Notes: a model not told the origin generated them from the letters alone. Counted from the first letter of the stretch, positions 1 through 10,128 are shown. The stretch: 64,000 nucleotides of DNA from Rhodocyclaceae bacterium (GCA_041678045.1 JBAYOV010000009.1:3579-67578), one strand, 5' to 3'. Program-made: numbers and translations.

Positions 1-37
1 AGACAGGTTCAGGACAGCCGCCTGTACCTCACAGTAC

Positions 38-1372
38 TCACAGTACGTAACGCGCCAGGTCTTCGCGCTGCGACAAACCCTCGAGACGCTCATCGACGTA
101 GGCGGCATCGATGTCCACCCGCTCCAGCCCGGCCTTGCCGGCGGAGAAGGAAACCTCTTCGAGCAGCTTCTCCATCACCGTATACAGGCGACGGGCGCCG
201 ATGTTCTCGGTGGTTTCATTCACATGGAAGGCAATCTCCGCCAGCCGGCGAATGCCTTCCGGTGCGAACGCCACCTCCACCCCATCGGTCCCCAGCAGGG
301 CCTGGTACTGACGGGTGAGGCAGGCATCGGTCTGCGTCAGGATGCGTTCGAAATCCTCCACCGACAGGTTTTCCAGCTCCACACGGATCGGGAAACGCCC
401 TTGCAGTTCGGGAATCAGGTCGGAGGGCTTGGACAGGTGAAAGGCCCCACTGGCGATGAACAGGATGTGGTCGGTCTTGATCATGCCGTACTTGGTGGAC
501 ACCGTGGTGCCTTCGACCAGCGGCAGCAGGTCGCGCTGCACGCCCTGGCGCGACACGTCGGCGCCGCCCACATCGGAGCGCGCCGCAATCTTGTCCACCT
601 CGTCGAGGAACACGATGCCGTTCTGCTCCACTGCACGCACCGCCTCGCCCTTCACTTCCTCGTCATTGATCAGGCGTGCGGCCTCTTCGTCGGCCAAGAC
701 CTTCAGCGCATCGGCGATGCGCAGCTTGCGCTGCTTCTTGCGCCCGCCCCCCATGTTCTGGAACATCCCCTGAATCTGCTGGGTCAGCTCCTCCATGCCC
801 GGAGGTGCAAAGATTTCGGCGGACATGCCGGGCATGGCCACTTCGATCTCGATTTCCTTGTCGTCAAGCTCGCCCTCGCGCAGTTTCTTGCGAAACTTCT
901 GCCGTGTGCCGGAATCATGCGCCACGGGCTCGGCATCGAATGACACCGGACGGGCCGGCGGCAGCAGGGCGTCCAGCACCCGGTCCTCGGCGGCATCCAT
1001 CGCGCGGTCGCGCACCGAACGCATCGCCCGCTCGCGCACATCCTTCACCGCGATTTCAGCCAGATCGCGGATGATGGTGTCCACATCGCGCCCCACGTAA
1101 CCGACCTCGGTAAACTTGGTCGCCTCGATCTTGATGAACGGCGCATTCGCCAGCCGTGCCAGACGACGGGCGATCTCGGTCTTGCCCACCCCGGTGGGGC
1201 CGATCATCAGGATGTTCTTGGGCGTGATCTCGCTGCGCAGCGGTTCATCCACCTGGGCACGGCGCCAGCGGTTGCGCAACGCAATGGCCACGGCCTTCTT
1301 GGCCCTGTTCTGGCCGACAATGTGCTTGTCCAGTTCGGAGACAATCTCCGGCGGCGTCATCTGCATGGTCAT
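38..1372 (-). CDS. hslU: ATP-dependent protease ATPase subunit HslU
   Basis: 444-aa [21 protein letters not shown]-terminus and Walker [16 protein letters not shown] are typical of HslU/ClpY. ATG overlaps the hslV stop (ATGA) and follows a GGAGG RBS. Confidence 0.97.
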   Translation of the reverse strand: MTMQMTPPEIVSELDKHIVGQNRAKKAVAIALRNRWRRAQVDEPLRSEITPKNILMIGPTGVGKTEIARRLARLANAPFIKIEATKFTEVGYVGRDVDTIIRDLAEIAVKDVRERAMRSVRDRAMDAAEDRVLDALLPPARPVSFDAEPVAHDSGTRQKFRKKLREGELDDKEIEIEVAMPGMSAEIFAPPGMEELTQQIQGMFQNMGGGRKKQRKLRIADALKVLADEEAARLINDEEVKGEAVRAVEQNGIVFLDEVDKIAARSDVGGADVSRQGVQRDLLPLVEGTTVSTKYGMIKTDHILFIASGAFHLSKPSDLIPELQGRFPIRVELENLSVEDFERILTQTDACLTRQYQALLGTDGVEVAFAPEGIRRLAEIAFHVNETTENIGARRLYTVMEKLLEEVSFSAGKAGLERVDIDAAYVDERLEGLSQREDLARYVL

Positions 1373-1908
1373 GCCTCCAGCACCTCAACGACATGGCTTT
1401 GATTGGTATAGATGCACAGATCCCCGGCGATCGCCAGCGACTTGCGCACGATCTCTTCCGGCCCCAGATCGGTATTTTCCCACAGGGCCCGCGCGGCGGA
1501 CTGGGCATAGGCCCCGCCGCTGCCGATGGCCACGATGCCCTGCTCGGGTTCGAGCACATCGCCATTGCCGGTGATGATCAGCGAGTGCTCGGCGTCGGCC
1601 ACGGCCAGCATCGCCTCCAGCCGGCGCAGCATGCGGTCGGTGCGCCAGTCCTTGGCAAGCTCGACCGCGCTGCGCAGCAGGTTGCCCTGGTGCTTCTCAA
1701 GCTTGCCCTCGAAACGCTCGAACAGCGTGAAGGCGTCGGCCGTACCGCCGGCAAAACCGGCCAGTATCCGGCCATGGTAGAGCGTGCGCACCTTGCGAGC
1801 GGTGGCCTTGACGACAATGTTGCCAAGCGTGACCTGCCCATCGCCCCCCAGCGCAACATGCCGGCCCCGGCGCACCGACAGGATCGTGGTGCCGTGATAT
1901 TGTTCCAT
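1369..1908 (-). CDS. hslV: ATP-dependent protease peptidase subunit HslV
   Basis: 179-aa [19 protein letters not shown]-terminal Thr-protease region and [14 protein letters not shown] motif; AAGGAA RBS. Confidence 0.97.
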   Translation of the reverse strand: MEQYHGTTILSVRRGRHVALGGDGQVTLGNIVVKATARKVRTLYHGRILAGFAGGTADAFTLFERFEGKLEKHQGNLLRSAVELAKDWRTDRMLRRLEAMLAVADAEHSLIITGNGDVLEPEQGIVAIGSGGAYAQSAARALWENTDLGPEEIVRKSLAIAGDLCIYTNQSHVVEVLEA

Positions 1909-1950
1909 CCGAAATTCCTTGAATGATTGATGCTGCAGGCCGGCCGCCGC

Positions 1951-3120
1951 TCAGGCGCGCACCATGACCTGCGCGACCTGATCGACCCCCATCACCCGCA
2001 GCAAGGCCGCCACCATCGCGTTGACGTTCTGCAGCTTGATCTGCTTGCCCTGCGTGCGCAGGGTGGACAGGATGTTGAACAGCGTGCCGGCGGTGACGAA
2101 GTCCATGCGCCGCAGGTCGGTGCAATCGACCTCCACCGCACTGCGTTCTGACGCAAAGGCGGCCAGATTGCGCAGGGTGTCGCCACCGGCATTGATCAGT
2201 TCGCCCTCGAACACGAAAGTGGACTCGGAGCGCGCCTGCTCTTCCTCGATCTCGCGCAGCTCCTCGGTGGCGATGCGTTCGACCGCCTCCCAGGAAGGCG
2301 GCGACTCCTCGAAGGTAATGGCATAGTCGAGCGCAATCTGCTCGAAGCGCTCGAACTCGTCGGTGTGCTGCAGCATTTCCAGCAGCAGCAGCCAGCCTTC
2401 CTTGTTGCTTGCCTCGCCCACCTTGACCTGCGCCGCGAGCAGCTCGGCCAACTGCGAGGCATTCAGGATGGTGAGCTTGGCACGTTCGGCACGCAGGTCG
2501 CGGATGAGCTGCAACAACAGATGACAGCCCTCCTCATCGCAGCCGCGCAGGCGCTTGAGATCGACCCGGATCGACCCGGAGCGCTCGCCAATGACACGGA
2601 TCTGGCCGATCTGGTCGGCCGTCTTCGCCGACAGCACCCCTACCAGATTGATCAGCGGCACCACATCGGCCTTGGCACGCCGCACCTTGTTGGACAGGTC
2701 GGTCCACGGCGGCGGCGAACGCTCGAAGCGGGTCGCATAGTCGAGCACCCGAGACTCGAAACGATCCTTCTGTCCGGTCAGACGGAACAGATCCAGCAGC
2801 ATCATCCACAGCCCTTCACCGGCCGCACCATGCCCTTCGCCAAGCACCGACTCCAGCGCGGCCTCGGCCTCGCGCACGTCGCCGTTGGCGTACAGCACGG
2901 CAGCTTCCTCGAAAGCGGCGCCCAGGCCGGGGCCCACTTCCTGTACTTCAACCTGCCCGGCACAATCGGACAGCGCCACGGATGCATCACCGAAGTCAAT
3001 GGTGGACAACTCGGTAGGCGCGGGTGGTTTCTTGGCTGCGGACGCACGCGCGACTTCCCTGCGCCGGGAAGCGGTCGGTTTTTCAGCAGCCGGTTTCTTA
3101 CCAAAAATCGGCGAAGCCAC
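1951..3120 (-). CDS. Tandem STAS-domain protein of unknown function (internally duplicated)
   Basis: The ORF is open up to 3267, but the plausible starts are GTG at 3120 or 3129 (VHIVASPIFGKK...). A helical block (LLxL...RFE..xLDYAxxFExSPPxW) followed by a STAS-like block occurs twice. The N-terminal tail is Lys/Pro/Ala-rich. Start is uncertain. Confidence 0.75.
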   Translation of the reverse strand: MASPIFGKKPAAEKPTASRRREVARASAAKKPPAPTELSTIDFGDASVALSDCAGQVEVQEVGPGLGAAFEEAAVLYANGDVREAEAALESVLGEGHGAAGEGLWMMLLDLFRLTGQKDRFESRVLDYATRFERSPPPWTDLSNKVRRAKADVVPLINLVGVLSAKTADQIGQIRVIGERSGSIRVDLKRLRGCDEEGCHLLLQLIRDLRAERAKLTILNASQLAELLAAQVKVGEASNKEGWLLLLEMLQHTDEFERFEQIALDYAITFEESPPSWEAVERIATEELREIEEEQARSESTFVFEGELINAGGDTLRNLAAFASERSAVEVDCTDLRRMDFVTAGTLFNILSTLRTQGKQIKLQNVNAMVAALLRVMGVDQVAQVMVRA

Positions 3121-3311
3121 GATATGCACAATCCACGTTAAGGAGCCAGAACAAGGCCTCCGGAAGGCCCAAGCATAGCATTTAGCGAGATATTCTACCG
3201 TGGTGCGGGCAACAACCAACTTGCGACGGCCGGGCCATGTCAATAATTCTTGCAATCCCCGGCGCATCTGTCACGGCACGCAACACGACCCGCTCGGCTA
3301 GAATGCGCTGC

Positions 3312-3767
3312 ATGCATGCATCGTCCCTCCCCCTGACCCGGCCCGCTTCCGCCACCCCGCCCGCCTTTGTCTGGCCGGTGCGCGTGTATTACGAAGACAC
3401 CGACGCGGCCGGCGTCGTGTATTACGCCAACTATCTGCGTTTCTGCGAGCGCGCGCGCACCGAATGGCTGCGCAGCCTGGGCTTCGAGCAGCAACGCATG
3501 CTCGAAGAGGCACACACCGGTTTCGTGGTCTCGTCGGTGCAGGCCCACTATCGGCGCCCTGCACGCCTGGACGATCAACTGCAGGTCATCAGCACGGTCG
3601 CCGAGATGCGTGGCGCAAGCCTTTTATTTGCACAAAACATCCTTAGAAATGAGGAACTTATCTTCGAATCCAGAATCTGCATCGCCTGCATCGACACCCT
3701 GAGGAACCGCCCGGTCGCACTGCCCCCGGCACTGCGCGCCCAACTGCTCACCCCCGATCCATCATGA
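3312..3767 (+). CDS. ybgC: Tol-Pal associated acyl-CoA thioesterase YbgC
   Basis: WPVRVYYEDTDAAGVVYYANYLRFCERARTEWL matches the YbgC/4HBT hotdog fold. Stop overlaps the tolQ ATG (ATGA). In-frame ATGs at 3303 and 3312, so the start is uncertain. Confidence 0.9.
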   Translation: MHASSLPLTRPASATPPAFVWPVRVYYEDTDAAGVVYYANYLRFCERARTEWLRSLGFEQQRMLEEAHTGFVVSSVQAHYRRPARLDDQLQVISTVAEMRGASLLFAQNILRNEELIFESRICIACIDTLRNRPVALPPALRAQLLTPDPS

Positions 3768-4438
3768 CCGTCAACCAAGACCTCTCGATTCTCCACCTGA
3801 TCAGCCAGGCCAGCGTCCTCGTTCAGCTCATCATGGCGCTGCTCGTGGCACTTTCGCTGCTTTCCTGGTATTGGATCTTCCGCAAATGGTTCCAGATCCG
3901 CAGCGCCCGCAGCAGTACGCAGGACTTCGAACGCGACTTCTGGAGCGGGGGCGACCTCAGCACCCTGTACCAGTCCGCCGCGTCTGCACGTCACGAAACC
4001 GGCGGCATGGAACGCATCTTTGAAGCCGGCTACCGCGAGTTCACCAAGCTGCGCGCCAAAAGCCACGACAACGCGGCAATCATCGACGGCGCCCGCCGCG
4101 CCATGCGCGCCACGCACCAGCGCGAGATGGACGACCTGGAGGCACACCTCGCCTTTCTGGCCACGGTCGGCTCGGTGTCCCCCTACATCGGCCTGCTCGG
4201 CACCGTGTGGGGCATCATGAACGCCTTCCGTGGCCTGTCCAGCATGACCACCGCCACCCTGGCCACTGTCGCACCGGGCATTGCCGAAGCACTGGTGGCC
4301 ACGGCCATCGGCCTGTTTGCAGCGATTCCGGCCGTCGTGGCCTACAACCGCTACACCCATGACATCGACCGGATCGGCATCCGCTTCGAAAGCTTCATGG
4401 AAGAGTTTTCCAACATCCTGCAACGCCATCTGCGCTGA
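3764..4438 (+). CDS. tolQ: Tol-Pal system protein TolQ
   Basis: 224-aa MotA/TolQ/ExbB-type membrane protein ([11 protein letters not shown]..., [22 protein letters not shown]) lying between ybgC and tolR. Confidence 0.96.
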   Translation: MTVNQDLSILHLISQASVLVQLIMALLVALSLLSWYWIFRKWFQIRSARSSTQDFERDFWSGGDLSTLYQSAASARHETGGMERIFEAGYREFTKLRAKSHDNAAIIDGARRAMRATHQREMDDLEAHLAFLATVGSVSPYIGLLGTVWGIMNAFRGLSSMTTATLATVAPGIAEALVATAIGLFAAIPAVVAYNRYTHDIDRIGIRFESFMEEFSNILQRHLR

Positions 4439-4456
4439 GCATTCGAGGACATCACC

Positions 4457-4861
4457 ATGCGCTCGCGTCGCCTGATGAATCAGATCAACGTTGTGCCCTA
4501 CATCGATGTGATGCTGGTTCTGCTCGTCATCTTCATGGTCACTGCCCCCATGATTCAGACCGGCACGGTGGACCTGCCCACCGTGGCCGACGTCCCTCAG
4601 CCCCCCTCCGAGGCGATGTATGTCATCGTCAAGGAAGACGGCAGCCTGGCCTTCAAGACCACCGCTGCAGCCACACCAGTGGATATCGGCAACACCGAAC
4701 TGGTGCGCGAGCTCAATCTCGCGATTGCCCGCGACCCCGCGCAGGCCGTGGTGGTCGCCGCCGACAAGCGGGTGTCCTACGAAAAGGTGATGGACACCCT
4801 GAACGGCCTGCGCCAGGCCGGCATACAGAAAGTGGGCCTGCAGACCCAGAGCGGATCATGA
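4457..4861 (+). CDS. tolR: Tol-Pal system protein TolR
   Basis: 134-aa ExbD/TolR family protein ([25 protein letters not shown]); stop overlaps the tolA start. Confidence 0.95.
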   Translation: MRSRRLMNQINVVPYIDVMLVLLVIFMVTAPMIQTGTVDLPTVADVPQPPSEAMYVIVKEDGSLAFKTTAAATPVDIGNTELVRELNLAIARDPAQAVVVAADKRVSYEKVMDTLNGLRQAGIQKVGLQTQSGS

Positions 4862-5766
4862 CCGACAAGCCGTATCTCGAACACCGCCCACTGCCGGGCA
4901 AATGGCTTTCGCTCAGCCTGACGGTGGCGGTGCACCTCGGGCTGGCCGCCTTCCTGTTCTTCGGCATTCGCTGGCAGAGCCAGCCACCGGCTGCCATGGA
5001 AGTGGCACTGGTGGCCGCGCCTGTACCCGCCCCGGCCGTGGTCACGCCCCCACGCCCAGCCCCAAAACCGGAACCCAAACCCGAACCCAGGCCCGCACCG
5101 AAGCCAGAGCCCAGGCCCGAGCCCCCAAAGCCCGCGCCAAAGCCTGAACCGAAGCCCGATATTGCGACCAAGGCGCCCGAACCCAAGCCAGAGCCGAAAC
5201 CTCAGCCCAAACCAGAACCCAAGCCACAGGCCAAGCCCGAGCCCAAGCCTGAACCGAAGCCGGAGCCAAAACCCCACCCCAAACCAGAACCGAAACCCGA
5301 GCCGAAGCCCCAATCCAAACCAGAACCCAAGCCTGAGCCCAAACCACAGGCCAAGCCCGAGCCCAAACCGGAACCCAAGCCAATCACGCCGCCCAGGGAT
5401 GACTACATGGCCCAGATGCTCGCGCAGGAGTCCGAACGTCTGGCCATCGAGAACATGATGCGGGCAGACGCCCGTCAGGCCGGCACGCCCGGAACCGATC
5501 CGGGCTATAGCGACCGGATTGCCGCCCGCGTGCGCTCCCGGCTGGTGCGCCCGCCCGGCATCGCCGGCAATCCGGAAGCGATCTTCAGCGTCGAGCAAAT
5601 GCCCGACGGCACGATCCTGAGTGTCAGGCTGCGCAAATCTTCCGGCATCCCGGAACTGGATGCGGCGATCGAGCGGGCCATCAATGCCTCCAATCCGTTG
5701 CCGACGCCCGCCTCAGGCCCTACCGAGCGTTTGCTGGAGCTGAAGTTCCGACCCAACGAGGATTGA
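4858..5766 (+). CDS. tolA: Tol-Pal system protein TolA (Pro-rich spacer variant)
   Basis: N-terminal TM anchor ([21 protein letters not shown]), a long (E/Q/R)PKP repeat spacer, and a TonB_C/TolA-like C-terminal domain. Position is between tolR and tolB. Confidence 0.93.
   Translation: MTDKPYLEHRPLPGKWLSLSLTVAVHLGLAAFLFFGIRWQSQPPAAMEVALVAAPVPAPAVVTPPRPAPKPEPKPEPRPAPKPEPRPEPPKPAPKPEPKPDIATKAPEPKPEPKPQPKPEPKPQAKPEPKPEPKPEPKPHPKPEPKPEPKPQSKPEPKPEPKPQAKPEPKPEPKPITPPRDDYMAQMLAQESERLAIENMMRADARQAGTPGTDPGYSDRIAARVRSRLVRPPGIAGNPEAIFSVEQMPDGTILSVRLRKSSGIPELDAAIERAINASNPLPTPASGPTERLLELKFRPNED
5017..5394 (+). repeat. Coding low-complexity tandem repeat (PEPK/PKPE units) inside tolA
   Basis: About 125 aa of almost pure P/E/K/Q/A dipeptide-tetrapeptide repeats. 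A higher-order unit beginning [14 protein letters not shown] recurs 40 aa (120 nt) apart. Confidence 0.9.
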
Positions 5767-5882
5767 TTCGCAGCATCAAAATTTGTATAAAACAATTGTA
5801 AAATCAAGGATTAACAACCTTCAAAAATCGTTTGACCTTCTCAGGAATCGCTATAATGCTGCAACGCAAAGAACACACTGCC

Positions 5883-7190
5883 ATGCACTCAAGACCTGCT
5901 CTCCTTCGTGCCGCCTTCCATGCCGCCAGCCGTGCGCTGCTCGCCGGACTGCTGGTGTTCGCCAGTGTCGGCGCACAAGCGCAGCTGTCGATCGAGATCA
6001 CCGGTGCCGGGGCCACGCGCTTTCCGGTGGCCATCCCGATTTTCGAGAACGAAGGATCGCTGCCGCGCAGCGTCACCGACGTAGTGCGGGCCGACCTTGA
6101 GCGCAGCGGGCTGTTCAGCCTGATCGACATGGGACTGGTGGCCCTGCCCGAGTCGGTCATGCCCGATCTGGCCGGCGTACGCAGCCGTGGCGCGGATGCG
6201 GTGCTCACCGGCAGCATCGTGCCTCAGTCCGACGGTCGCCTGGATGTGCGCTTCCGCCTGTTCGACACCCAGCGCCAGACCGAACTGGGTGCCATGGCCA
6301 TGCGCATGGCTCCGGCGCAGTACCGCGTGACAGGGCACCGCATTGCCGACTTCGTGTATGAAAAGCTCACCGGCCAGCCGGGCTACTTCTCCAGCCGGAT
6401 CGCGTATGTGGTGAAGAGCGGCGAGCGCTACGAACTGCAGGTGGCCGACGCCGACGGCATGAATCCGCAGACTGCCCTGGTTTCGCGCGAACCGATCATC
6501 TCCCCTGCGTGGGCACCGGATGGTCAGCGCCTGGCCTACGTTTCCTTCGAAGCCAAGAAACCGGTTGTGTACGTACACAACCTGCCCACCGGCCAGCGCA
6601 ACGTGGTAGCCAACTTCCGTGGCTCCAACTCCGCCCCGGCCTGGGCGCCGGACGGGCAGCGATTGGCCGTGGTGCTGACCAAGGACGGCAACTCGCAACT
6701 GTATGTCATCAACGCCGACGGCTCGGGCTCGCGCCGCATCATGTCCTCGCCCGGCATTGACACCGAACCGGCCTGGTCGCCGGACGGCGCATGGGTGTAT
6801 TTCTCGTCCGACCGGGGCGGCGGCGCCCAGATCTACCGGGTGCCTGCAGAGGGCGGCAGCGCCCAGCGGGTCACCTTCGAAGGCAACTACAACGTCACCC
6901 CGCGCATCTCGCCAGACGGTCGCAGCATGACCTTCATCACCCGTAACAGCGGCCGCTTCCAGGTTGCGATCATGGATCTGGTCTCGCGTCAGGTGTCTGT
7001 CCTCACCAACTCCGCACGCGACGAGTCGCCCAGCTTCGCACCGAACGGCCGGATGATCCTGTACGCATCGGAAAGCAACGGCATGGGCGTGCTGTCGGCC
7101 GTCTCGGCTGACGGACGCATCCGCCAGAAGCTGACGATCCAGGCCTCGGACGTGCGCGAGCCGGCCTGGGGGCCACAGCCCCGCTTTTGA
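5883..7190 (+). CDS. tolB: Tol-Pal system beta-propeller protein TolB
   Basis: Signal peptide MHSRPALLRAAFHAASRALLAGLLVFASVGAQA, a TolB N-domain, and repeated PAWSPDG/PAWAPDG propeller motifs. Alternative ATG at 5856; the ORF track start at 5832 is TTG. Confidence 0.95.
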   Translation: MHSRPALLRAAFHAASRALLAGLLVFASVGAQAQLSIEITGAGATRFPVAIPIFENEGSLPRSVTDVVRADLERSGLFSLIDMGLVALPESVMPDLAGVRSRGADAVLTGSIVPQSDGRLDVRFRLFDTQRQTELGAMAMRMAPAQYRVTGHRIADFVYEKLTGQPGYFSSRIAYVVKSGERYELQVADADGMNPQTALVSREPIISPAWAPDGQRLAYVSFEAKKPVVYVHNLPTGQRNVVANFRGSNSAPAWAPDGQRLAVVLTKDGNSQLYVINADGSGSRRIMSSPGIDTEPAWSPDGAWVYFSSDRGGGAQIYRVPAEGGSAQRVTFEGNYNVTPRISPDGRSMTFITRNSGRFQVAIMDLVSRQVSVLTNSARDESPSFAPNGRMILYASESNGMGVLSAVSADGRIRQKLTIQASDVREPAWGPQPRF

Positions 7191-7253
7191 TTTATGATAA
7201 ACACATGATTCCGTGTTTCACCCCCCTCAACGACTGCTATCAAGGATAGTGAA

Positions 7254-7772
7254 ATGAAGAAGTTTCTCCTGCCCGCCCTTCTGTCCGCCATGCTCGTCGC
7301 TTGCGGCAGCACCGGCCCGGCCACGGACTCCGCAGCCGGCGTCGAAGACCGCTCCGACACAGGCGTGGCAACGGTCACCGCACCGGGCATGTCCGGCTCC
7401 GGCATTGCTGCGCTGACCGACCCGAACAACATCCTGTCGCGCCGCAGCGTGTATTTCGACTTCGACAGCTTCATCGTCAAGTCCGAATTCACTCCGCTGG
7501 TCGAGGCCCATGCCCGGTTTCTGACGCAGAACCCCGACATGCGCATGATGGTTCAAGGCAATACCGACGAACGTGGCAGTCGCGAGTACAATCTCGCCCT
7601 GGGCCAGAAGCGTGCGGAAGCCGTGAAGCAGGCCCTGTTGCTGCTCGGTGCCCGCGAGTCGCAGGTCGAAGCTGTCAGTCTCGGCGAGGAAAAGCCCCGC
7701 TGCTACGACAGCAACGAGAGCTGCTTCTCCGAAAACCGGCGTTCGGACATGCTCTACACTGGTGAATTCTGA
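7254..7772 (+). CDS. pal: Peptidoglycan-associated lipoprotein Pal
   Basis: Lipobox LVAC-G and an OmpA-like C-terminal domain (VYFDFDSFIV..., GNTDERGSREYNLALGQKRAEAV). Confidence 0.96.
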   Translation: MKKFLLPALLSAMLVACGSTGPATDSAAGVEDRSDTGVATVTAPGMSGSGIAALTDPNNILSRRSVYFDFDSFIVKSEFTPLVEAHARFLTQNPDMRMMVQGNTDERGSREYNLALGQKRAEAVKQALLLLGARESQVEAVSLGEEKPRCYDSNESCFSENRRSDMLYTGEF

Positions 7773-8542
7773 TGACTAAGCTGCGCCTGGTTGCTGTTGC
7801 CCTCCTTTCGGTTTCCGTCACATCCGCCCACGCCCAGATCTTCGGGGGCGACGATCAGGCCCGCCGCCAGATCATCGAACTGCGTGAGCAACTGACTTCC
7901 CGCATCGAGACCACCAGCCGGGCGCAGCTCGACCTGACCAACCAGAACGAAACGCTGCGGGCCGAAGTCGCCCGGCTGCGCGGTCAGGTCGAAGTCCTCA
8001 GCCACGAACTCGAATCCCTCAAGCAGCGCCAGCGCGACTTCTACGTAGACCTGGATCAGCGCATCCAGCGTCTGGAGGGCGGCGGCGCCCCGGTCGACGG
8101 CATTGCCAGCCTGGGCGGAGCAACGCCAGCCACCAGCGGCCCGGCCACTGCAGCACAGCCGAGCGCCGATCCGGCCGCCGAAACCGCCGCCTACCAGGCA
8201 GCGCTGAATCTGCTCAAGGAAGGCAAGCACAACGAAGCGCTCGCCGCTTTCAACCAGTTCATCGCCCAGCACCCGCGCAGCAGCACCTTGCCGAATGCCC
8301 ATTTCTGGGCGGGCAATGCCGCACTGCAGGCACGCGACATCGCCACCGCGCGCCGGCACTTCAACACCGTCCTCGACAACTGGCCGCAGGATCGCGTGGC
8401 AGCCGATGCAATGCTGGGCCTGGCCAACACCCAGCAGGCACTGGGCGACGGGCGCGGCGCTCAGGAAACTTTGCGCAGAGTCGTCTCCACCTACCCCGAC
8501 AGCTCCGCCGCACAGGTGGCCAAGCAACGCCTCGGCCAGTAA
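7772..8542 (+). CDS. cpoB: Cell division coordinator CpoB (YbgF)
   Basis: Signal peptide, N-terminal coiled coil and C-terminal TPR region (YQAALNLLKEGKHNEALAAFNQFI). It is the last gene of the tol-pal cluster. Confidence 0.92.
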   Translation: MTKLRLVAVALLSVSVTSAHAQIFGGDDQARRQIIELREQLTSRIETTSRAQLDLTNQNETLRAEVARLRGQVEVLSHELESLKQRQRDFYVDLDQRIQRLEGGGAPVDGIASLGGATPATSGPATAAQPSADPAAETAAYQAALNLLKEGKHNEALAAFNQFIAQHPRSSTLPNAHFWAGNAALQARDIATARRHFNTVLDNWPQDRVAADAMLGLANTQQALGDGRGAQETLRRVVSTYPDSSAAQVAKQRLGQ

Positions 8543-8547
8543 GCGCG

Positions 8548-9213
8548 ATGTCGTCCCCCACCTCCACCCGCGCCCCCCGCCTGCGGGTGAGCGAAATTTT
8601 TGCCTCGGTGCAGGGCGAGTCCACCCGCATCGGACTGCCCACCGTGTTCGTGCGCCTTACGGGCTGCCCCCTGCGCTGTGTCTGGTGCGATACCGAATAC
8701 GCCTTCTCGGGCGGCGAGCAGCGCTCGCTCGACGACATCGTCGACGCCGTGCGCAGCCATGGCCTGAACACCGTTTGCGTCACCGGCGGCGAGCCCCTGG
8801 CGCAGAAAGACTGCCTCCCCCTGCTGCAGCGCCTGTGCGACGAAGGGTTCTCGGTCTCGCTGGAAACCAGCGGTGCACTCGACATTGCAGCGGTCGACCC
8901 GCGCGTGTCGCGCATCATGGACCTGAAAGCACCGGGCTCCGGCGAATGCGAACGCAATCGCTGGGACAACCTGCCCCTGCTGTGCGCCCGCGATGAAATC
9001 AAGATCGTGCTCAACGGCGAGCAGGACTATGCCTGGGCCCGGGAGCAGATCACCCGGCACCGCCTGCATCAACGCTGCACCGTACTGCTCTCCCCGGTGC
9101 ACGGACAGTTGGCCGCCACCGATCTGGCCGAATGGATCGTGCGCGACCGCCTGCCGGTCCGTTTTCAGCTACAGTTGCACAAAATCCTCTGGCACGACGC
9201 CCGCGGCCGCTGA
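8548..9213 (+). CDS. queE: 7-carboxy-7-deazaguanine synthase QueE (radical SAM)
   Basis: VSEIFASVQGESTRIGLPTVFVRLTGCPLRCVWCDTEYAF carries the CxxxCxxC-type radical SAM cluster motif of QueE. Confidence 0.93.
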   Translation: MSSPTSTRAPRLRVSEIFASVQGESTRIGLPTVFVRLTGCPLRCVWCDTEYAFSGGEQRSLDDIVDAVRSHGLNTVCVTGGEPLAQKDCLPLLQRLCDEGFSVSLETSGALDIAAVDPRVSRIMDLKAPGSGECERNRWDNLPLLCARDEIKIVLNGEQDYAWAREQITRHRLHQRCTVLLSPVHGQLAATDLAEWIVRDRLPVRFQLQLHKILWHDARGR

Positions 9214-9281
9214 AACGTCCGCCCGCGCCGGCTCCCTGACCATGCCCCCTTGCCCTGGCGTGCCCCCTCGTGCGTGGCGGG

Positions 9282-9346
9282 CCTGTCGAACTCCCCCCCT
9301 TCGACAAGCCTGCCCTGAGCGAAACCGGAGGGCTCAGCGCGAACGG
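9282..9346. repeat. Degenerate REP-like palindromic element (CCTGTCGAA / TTCGACAAGC ... GCTCAGCGCGAACGG)
   Basis: Inverted repeat CCTGTCGAA-N9-TTCGACAAG, followed by CTGAGC-N11-GCTCAG and CGAACGG. It shares the TTCGACAAGC..CTCAG..CGA.CGG core with the element at 59891-59956. Confidence 0.6.
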
Positions 9347-9399
9347 TTGCAGGACCGGGGGCCACTGACCGTTACCCTTTACTCAGACCCACGTCCACC

Positions 9400-10128
9400 A
9401 TGACCCCTGCCCCCCTCTCCTCCAGCTCACCCGCCATCCGCCCCCGCGCCGTGATCCTGCTGTCCGGTGGCCTTGATTCCAGCACCTGCCTCGCGATTGC
9501 ACGTGACCGGGGCTTCGACTGCTACGCCCTGTCCGTTGCCTACGGCCAGCGTCATGCGGCCGAGCTCAGCGCCTCCCGCCGCATCGCCGAGCAACTGGGG
9601 GCGATCGAACACCGTCTGGCCAGCGTCAGCCTGGGCCAGTTCGGCGGCTCCGCCCTCACTGACGCCTCCATCCGCGTACCCACCGACCAGGAAAGCGGGG
9701 GCATTCCGGTCACCTACGTCCCCGCGCGCAACACGGTCATGCTGTCCATGGCCCTGGCCTGGGCCGAAGTGCTGGGCGCCAACGACGTGTTCATAGGGGT
9801 CAACGCAGTCGATTACTCCGGTTATCCGGACTGCCGGCCAGAGTACATCAACGCCTTCGAGCGCATGGCCAACCTCGCCACCCGGAGGGCCGTGGAAGGC
9901 GAAGCCCTGACCATCCATGCTCCCCTGATGCACATGAGCAAGGCCGAAATCATCCGCACCGGCAGCGCGCTGGGGCTGGATTACAGCCTCACCGTGACCT
10001 GCTACCAGGCCGACGATGCCGGACAGGCCTGCGGTCACTGCGACGCCTGCCGGCTGCGCCGGGCGGGCTTTGTCGAAGCCGGTGTCGAAGACCCTACCCG
10101 CTATCAGGCATCGACCGGCAGGCGCTGA
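9400..10128 (+). CDS. queC: 7-cyano-7-deazaguanine synthase QueC
   Basis: PP-loop [16 protein letters not shown] and C-terminal Zn-binding CYQ...CGHCDAC motif. Confidence 0.95.
   Translation: MTPAPLSSSSPAIRPRAVILLSGGLDSSTCLAIARDRGFDCYALSVAYGQRHAAELSASRRIAEQLGAIEHRLASVSLGQFGGSALTDASIRVPTDQESGGIPVTYVPARNTVMLSMALAWAEVLGANDVFIGVNAVDYSGYPDCRPEYINAFERMANLATRRAVEGEALTIHAPLMHMSKAEIIRTGSALGLDYSLTVTCYQADDAGQACGHCDACRLRRAGFVEAGVEDPTRYQASTGRR

Noticed and set aside
5017-5394. Tandem repeat array that could at first glance suggest a CRISPR or VNTR locus
   Set aside because: The repeats are 6-12 nt degenerate coding units (PEPK) in frame inside tolA. There is no repeat-spacer architecture and there are no cas genes.
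9214-9399. Possible preQ1 riboswitch in front of queC
   Set aside because: The spacer is GC-rich and is explained by a REP-like palindrome. It lacks the small A-rich-tailed hairpin/pseudoknot pattern of preQ1-I/II aptamers.
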